From IMG/VR virus record IMGVR_UViG_3300017774_006254, positions 32,001-96,000 of that record: a stretch of DNA of 64,000 nucleotides. One strand, given 5' to 3'. Of this stretch, positions 59,043-64,000 are shown one piece after another (positions within the stretch are counted from its first letter, which is position 1; each line of letters begins with the position of its first letter). The notes under the pieces were generated by a model. The model was not told the origin of the DNA. It made no database searches and worked only from the letters and a program-made list of their open reading frames with translations. The stretch comes from a virus. Both the position numbers and the translations under genes were made by a program.

Positions 59043-59606
59043 ATGCACATCGTAAAGATCCCAGATGAGCTTTTGAATTGGGGCAAGTCGTCCGTGTCCA
59101 CACGGTTCGCTCGACCATGGGCGACAGAACTTGAACGCTTGAGCGCGCGGCCAATTTCTGACGAGCGAGGGTTTCGCGAGTTGATGTCCAACTTCGAAGC
59201 CCTTTGTGTCGAAGCCGTCAGAGCGAACAGACCCGAATTGCTTGACGGTGTAGATCTTCTGTCGGCCGAGTACATCGGCCTCAAGTACAAGTTCGAGTTT
59301 CTCGGCAAGCAAATTGGCGTCGGACATGGCGAGAGGTACTCATGGACCGAACTTCGAGGAATACTGGAGACAGACGATCCGGAGTCGGCGCTGATGGCCG
59401 TTGATCGAGCAAAAACGTTACTGGAGCAGGCTTTTCCGCACGCACGACTACAAGTGCATGACGCGCAAGAGGTCCAGGTTTCCTGTTCGGCTTGCCAGAC
59501 CACAACCTCACGAGTCATGCTGGACACCGCCCAGTCCAGTCTTTGTGGCCCATGTTGGGTAACGCTTACGGACGCAAAGCCCCTGACCTTCAAACGCAAG
59601 CGGTAA
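59043..59606 (+). CDS. Hypothetical protein with C-terminal Zn finger
   Basis: CSAC...CGPC. Confidence 0.5.
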   Translation: MHIVKIPDELLNWGKSSVSTRFARPWATELERLSARPISDERGFRELMSNFEALCVEAVRANRPELLDGVDLLSAEYIGLKYKFEFLGKQIGVGHGERYSWTELRGILETDDPESALMAVDRAKTLLEQAFPHARLQVHDAQEVQVSCSACQTTTSRVMLDTAQSSLCGPCWVTLTDAKPLTFKRKR

Positions 59607-59610
59607 ATCC

Positions 59611-60318
59611 ATGAGTCGAGGCGCTGAGTTTGGTGATGTAAAGCCGCTGAGGACACAAGGTGGTCCACTTGGCGTCACGCCTTTTACGATTTTGCCAGCG
59701 GCTTCGTTTGGGTCCGGTGATGCCATCAACACCGCGTTCATCCAACAGGTTTGCCCGCTGAACAGCTTCCGACTTGGCCAGCAAGTCTTTTTTTGGCTTG
59801 GAGTCGTTCCGGGACCGGGCGGAATTTCGCCATGGGCAAGCCGCGTGCGTCTGAAGTTGTGGTGGCTTCGTCCAAACAAGCAGTACCGAGCGCCTGGCGT
59901 GAATGGGTGGCTGCCTATCGACAAAGCTACGTTCGGAGATGGTCCGGCTCCGACGTCAGACTTCACAGATAACCGTTACTGCTGGATTCCGAGTCCTAAG
60001 CGACTTGACGTGACTCCGTACGGTACTGCGCCTCCGGCGGTTCCTCCGCTTCCGAATAGCGACTCGGCCCTTCTGGATGACTGCCTTGTGCTCGACCTGC
60101 CCGACCCTGGCAATCCGGCGTATCAGGCTAAGTTCGTGTCGCCCCAGGTGGTTTCGCGCTGGACATCGTTTTTCTACCCAGCGATGGGCTACTCTTTGGG
60201 CATGACGTGGGACGCGACGGGCGGCGGGCAGGGCACAGTGCCAGCGACGCTAAGCATCAGCCTTAACTGGGCAGTCGGCACTCTGGGAGGTTCTAACTAC
60301 CAGGAGTCGGTCGGCTGA
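59611..60318 (+). CDS. Putative virion (vertex) protein
   Basis: Pro/Trp/Gly-rich beta protein heading a coupled structural-like operon. Confidence 0.4.
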   Translation: MSRGAEFGDVKPLRTQGGPLGVTPFTILPAASFGSGDAINTAFIQQVCPLNSFRLGQQVFFWLGVVPGPGGISPWASRVRLKLWWLRPNKQYRAPGVNGWLPIDKATFGDGPAPTSDFTDNRYCWIPSPKRLDVTPYGTAPPAVPPLPNSDSALLDDCLVLDLPDPGNPAYQAKFVSPQVVSRWTSFFYPAMGYSLGMTWDATGGGQGTVPATLSISLNWAVGTLGGSNYQESVG

Positions 60319-61574
60319 TGGGTAGCCGCGGCATACCGAGGATCTCTTCTTCTGGAGGTGGCGGAGGTCCGCCTCCAGGCGACAGTCAAGACCGCTTTGC
60401 TCCGAAGTACATGGTGGGAAACGAACTGGCGGGAGACACTGCTCCGGCCTATTCGGCGGGCGGCTTTGTTTACATCTTGGATCCTGGCGATGGCACTGGC
60501 ATTGAAGCGGCCCTGGCGCTTGCCGCTATCAACCCAGGTGACATCAGCGTGCGCCCCGGAGTCTACGATTTTGCCGCCGGAGCCGCCGTGATGCCATTGT
60601 CGGTTCCGGATGGAGTGCGGATCACAGGTTCGGGTCCTGGCACCTGCGAACTCCGCAGCCGTACCAGTGGGGATCAGGGTATTTTCGAGCTTGGTACCCA
60701 AGTGGGCATCGAGGACATTGCTTTTGTAGTGCAGAGCGCTGGTGAGGCGATCTATCTCGGGTCGCAAGCTGTCATCACAAACTTGGGCGATGGTGGCGGT
60801 TACGTCGCTCGCTGTACGTTCTCGCTTTCACTGGCAGCCGCGTCGGTGCTTCGTGCGTGCGTGCTTGATGGTGGTCCGGGGTCTTTTGCAGTGCGGCAAT
60901 GCTCTGGTACTGGTCCGAGCGTCGGAGGCTTGGATCCAGATCTGTGGATCTCGTTCGTCGTTGCCGCAAAGACTGGAAGCGGTCGCCTTACGATGCCTGG
61001 AAACGCGGTCGTTGGCTTCGACGTCGGCCTTCTGTGTGACGACGTAGCAGGCGTCGACGATGTGCTCGTGCAAGACCTTTCTGCAACGGCCTTTGCGCTG
61101 TATGCGGTGTACCAGCGCGGCTATGGTTTTCTGGGTCTGTCCGACTGCTTCTTCTTGCTCGAAGATGTGACCGCAGGCGTGGTTGTGTTTGGCGCTGCGA
61201 TTGTTGGTCCTGGTTCTACCCCGGGCTCGCATATCATCGATTCGACGATAGCTTCGTCTGCGGGCACGCAGACCGCACCCGCTGTACTCATTCGATCTGG
61301 CGCTGGTGGTGGTTACACCCGAGTGCAGAACAATCTGATTACGTGGGATCGTGTGGGCGCCGTGGTGTCGGTCGGAACGGCATCGGGGTCGTGCAACTAC
61401 AACCTGATTCAGAACAATCAGATCTTCAACGTGAACGCAGATCCCGTGGCTGCCGGTGTGGAGATCTTCAACAACGGCTGCATCTCCAATATCGTCTCGA
61501 CGAACGTAATCGTTGCGTCGATTCCTGTGGTGAACAACTCTACCTCGACGCAGATTATGGGTAACACGCCATGA
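60318..61574 (+). CDS. Beta-helix (pectin-lyase-like) spike protein
   Basis: IEAAL...ISVRPGVY...ITGSG start motif, G/V/N-rich repeats, NLIQNNQI. Confidence 0.65.
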   Translation: MGSRGIPRISSSGGGGGPPPGDSQDRFAPKYMVGNELAGDTAPAYSAGGFVYILDPGDGTGIEAALALAAINPGDISVRPGVYDFAAGAAVMPLSVPDGVRITGSGPGTCELRSRTSGDQGIFELGTQVGIEDIAFVVQSAGEAIYLGSQAVITNLGDGGGYVARCTFSLSLAAASVLRACVLDGGPGSFAVRQCSGTGPSVGGLDPDLWISFVVAAKTGSGRLTMPGNAVVGFDVGLLCDDVAGVDDVLVQDLSATAFALYAVYQRGYGFLGLSDCFFLLEDVTAGVVVFGAAIVGPGSTPGSHIIDSTIASSAGTQTAPAVLIRSGAGGGYTRVQNNLITWDRVGAVVSVGTASGSCNYNLIQNNQIFNVNADPVAAGVEIFNNGCISNIVSTNVIVASIPVVNNSTSTQIMGNTP

Positions 61575-62107
61575 GCACGGTTACCCCTGCCATCCAGCCC
61601 CGCAATGGGCACCCTCGAAACTGGGGCAATTACCCATCAGCGGCTGTGCTTCCAAATGCTGCTGGGTGGCCTGGTGGCCCATTACCCGGAGGCGTCAATC
61701 CCACGACTGCGGCAACGCCTTTGGAGCTTGGCGACACGGCCATCGTAGTGGGAGTTGGCCCCTATTGGTGCTTCTCCGCAGGCACTCCTGGGCTTCTGGA
61801 TGCTGTTTGGCTGCCGGTTGGGAGTAGTTCCCCGATTTCGGTAGTGCAGTTGCCGTTCACAACACTGCCCTCCGAGAAACCGGTCTGGTCCAAGACGTTC
61901 TCCGTGGTCGACGCTCGGGTGACACCAGCCAGCGTGATTGTGGTATCCCAGTCCGGGAACACGGCAACGGGACGCGTGGGCAATGATCTCGAATGGGATC
62001 AAATACTCCTTGGAGCGGTCGCAGGAACAGGCTCATTCGAGGTCACAGCATACGCAGTTCCAGGGCCCATCGTGGGCAATCGCGTCATCATCTACCAAAT
62101 TTTCTGA
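61571..62107 (+). CDS. Putative spike-associated protein
   Basis: Coupled ORF; DARVTPASVIVVS...GSF.V beta domain. Confidence 0.5.
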   Translation: MSTVTPAIQPRNGHPRNWGNYPSAAVLPNAAGWPGGPLPGGVNPTTAATPLELGDTAIVVGVGPYWCFSAGTPGLLDAVWLPVGSSSPISVVQLPFTTLPSEKPVWSKTFSVVDARVTPASVIVVSQSGNTATGRVGNDLEWDQILLGAVAGTGSFEVTAYAVPGPIVGNRVIIYQIF

Positions 62108-62113
62108 GGCACC

Positions 62114-63583
62114 ATGGCAGTCATTGATACAGGCTCCGATACCGCTGGCAAGGCAAACGTAGACTCCGCGTTCAACCTTCGGGTTAACACTCCGGGGTAC
62201 TCCAGCACAGGTGTGCCCGTGGGAGGAGGTCCGGAGAACGGCCCTGCGATGTTCAGCGAAAATGATGCGGGGACCGCAACGGGCACTCGCAGCGTCATCT
62301 CTCCTGAGACTGACGACGATTTCCGACTTCGCGTCGTCTCCGACATGATTTTCGACACGGAGATCTTCAACTACGCCGCCCAAAACACTGGCAAACACAC
62401 GCTTCTCAACACAACGCTTACAGCATCCTTCGGAGCGACAGGTCTTCTGACGAACGCCGCGGGCACAGGTGGCGTTAACACCGGCCTGACATTCGGCACC
62501 TACGCAACATTTCCGCTGCTCGGCGCCGCGGTTTTGTACTTTGAATTCATGCTGTCGCTCACGCAGCAGCCACCGACGAACACTGTGGTGAATTTTGGCG
62601 CATTCACCCGAGGCGCCGCGACGGGCTATGTCCCGACGGATGGGGCTTACTTCCAGCTGGAAAATGGCCTGTGGCAGGGCGTGCTGATGATCAATGGCGT
62701 GCCTACGTACGTACCCTTGGCCGCCGCCGCCATGGCGTACACCGAAGGCAACGTACGCCAGTACATCGTGTCGATCCACCCGAGACATGTTGAGTTCTGG
62801 GTCAACAACATCCTCGTGGGCGCTGCCGTTGTTCCGGTTGCGCAAGGAATCCCGTTCCTTTCGTCTGCGCAACCTCTTTCCTTGAGCCACAGCATCATTG
62901 GTGGCAACGCCAGCATTGTGGACTTCCGTGTTCTTCTGAAGAATTACACGGTTTCCATGGGCGGGTTCCAAGTTGCTGACGACTTCGGCGCAATCGGAAA
63001 CCGAATGTATGGCTCCTACCAGGGCCTCAGCGGTGGCACGATGGGGTCTCTTGCGCAGATGCCGAACGGGCTTGGAGTGGCGCCGACGGTAGCGTTGCCA
63101 ACCAACAGCAGCGCAGCGGCGCAGCAGGTGGGTCTCGGAGGTCAGGTATGGGAAACCGATACGCTGGCCGTGCTGACAGACGGCATCATTTGCTCGTTCC
63201 AGGTACCTGCTGCTTCCACCTCGGTGGCAGGAAGAAGGCTTCGTGTCACGGGCGTGAAGATCGATAGCTTTGTACAGGTCACGCTCACAGGAGGCGGATA
63301 CAACGCGGTGTGGTCGTTGGCGTTCGGACATACTGCGGTCTCCCTTGCCACTGGCGAAGCAGCGGCTACCAAAGCGCCTCGGCGATTGCCCTTGGGTTCG
63401 AATGCTGTGGCGGCGAACGCAGCAGCGCTCACACAACTTGCGACTATTTTTCTCGACATGAGCGCCTCTCCCGTCTACGTGAATCCAGGAGAATTTATCC
63501 AGGCGGTCAAGAAAAAGGTGGGCACCGCTCCGTCCGCAGGTGTTATCGCCCATACCATCGCCATCATCGCGTCGTGGGAGTGA
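62114..63583 (+). CDS. Putative receptor-binding/virion protein with lectin-like domain
   Basis: G/A/T-rich beta protein; DGAYFQ...VEFWVNN lectin-like pattern. Confidence 0.5.
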   Translation: MAVIDTGSDTAGKANVDSAFNLRVNTPGYSSTGVPVGGGPENGPAMFSENDAGTATGTRSVISPETDDDFRLRVVSDMIFDTEIFNYAAQNTGKHTLLNTTLTASFGATGLLTNAAGTGGVNTGLTFGTYATFPLLGAAVLYFEFMLSLTQQPPTNTVVNFGAFTRGAATGYVPTDGAYFQLENGLWQGVLMINGVPTYVPLAAAAMAYTEGNVRQYIVSIHPRHVEFWVNNILVGAAVVPVAQGIPFLSSAQPLSLSHSIIGGNASIVDFRVLLKNYTVSMGGFQVADDFGAIGNRMYGSYQGLSGGTMGSLAQMPNGLGVAPTVALPTNSSAAAQQVGLGGQVWETDTLAVLTDGIICSFQVPAASTSVAGRRLRVTGVKIDSFVQVTLTGGGYNAVWSLAFGHTAVSLATGEAAATKAPRRLPLGSNAVAANAAALTQLATIFLDMSASPVYVNPGEFIQAVKKKVGTAPSAGVIAHTIAIIASWE

Positions 63584-63827
63584 CATGACCAAGGATGCAG
63601 CGCTGGCTCAGAGGGTTGAGGACGCGGTCACGGCTCAGTACGCACTTCCAGGCTGGGAACTCTGCAATGAAATGCAGTTTGCAGCGGACACTCAAGAGAT
63701 TCTGCAAAATGACGAGCGCTGGTTGTCGGAGCGCAAGCGCCGAGAAGCGCTTCGAAAAGCGCTTAGCGGTTTGCAGTAACACTTGAATTAAACTTGCGTG
63801 CGTCGAAAGTATGAGTAGGGTCGGGGC

Positions 63828-64000
63828 ATGAAAAAAGCCCTACTACTAGGCGTTCTGACTGTTGCGTTTGCGATCGGAGCGGGGATTGCCCACGGAGATG
63901 ATGCTCTGGTGGCTGACGAACCGCCCCTTACACCCGAACAGCACGATCTCTACCTCGCTGTCTCTCGGGTGTGTGCGAACGAGGCGTTTGGACATCCAGC
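63828..64000 (+). CDS. Secreted protein, partial (possible cell-wall hydrolase)
   Basis: Signal peptide MKKALLLGVLTVAFAIGAGIAHG, then LAVSRVCANEA; cut off by the window end. Confidence 0.35.
   Translation, partial: MKKALLLGVLTVAFAIGAGIAHGDDALVADEPPLTPEQHDLYLAVSRVCANEAFGHP

Noticed and set aside
62033-63592. 519-aa minus-strand ORF
   Set aside because: It is the shadow of the plus-strand 62114..63583 gene, which has an RBS and coherent composition.

Overview
This window looks like most of a GC-rich bacterial virus genome, probably a tailless, membrane-containing type. I saw no terminase, portal, tail or integrase genes here. It has three parts. (1) 1-20.2 kb, minus strand: a virion module with a candidate jelly-roll capsid protein, a 921-aa Arg/Ser-rich protamine-like protein, a transglutaminase-like Cys protease and more than a dozen small membrane proteins sharing N-terminal M(S/T)Y, internal (G)LG and hydrophobic-x-[R/A/K/P]-N plus Arg-tail motifs. 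(2) 20.2-21.2 kb: a divergent, largely non-coding control region. (3) 21.2-64 kb, plus strand: small early genes with repeated promoter and leader elements, tRNA-Arg(TCT), an Ocr-like acidic protein, a degenerate ComM/YifB, ParB, DUF932, MoxR plus vWA, ThyX and an HD hydrolase. Next come a Cas12m-like type V effector followed by a structured spacer, a LysM gene and a degenerate hairpin-AC mini-array. The window ends with a replication module (annealase-like protein, SSB, 5'-3' exonuclease, intein-containing SF2 helicase, DnaQ, primase, large helicase) and spike-like genes. The two strongest leads are the virus-borne Cas12m-like system with an atypical array, and the motif-coded virion protein set with a candidate protease and polyprotein. 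All family calls come from recognising motifs by eye, not from database searches.
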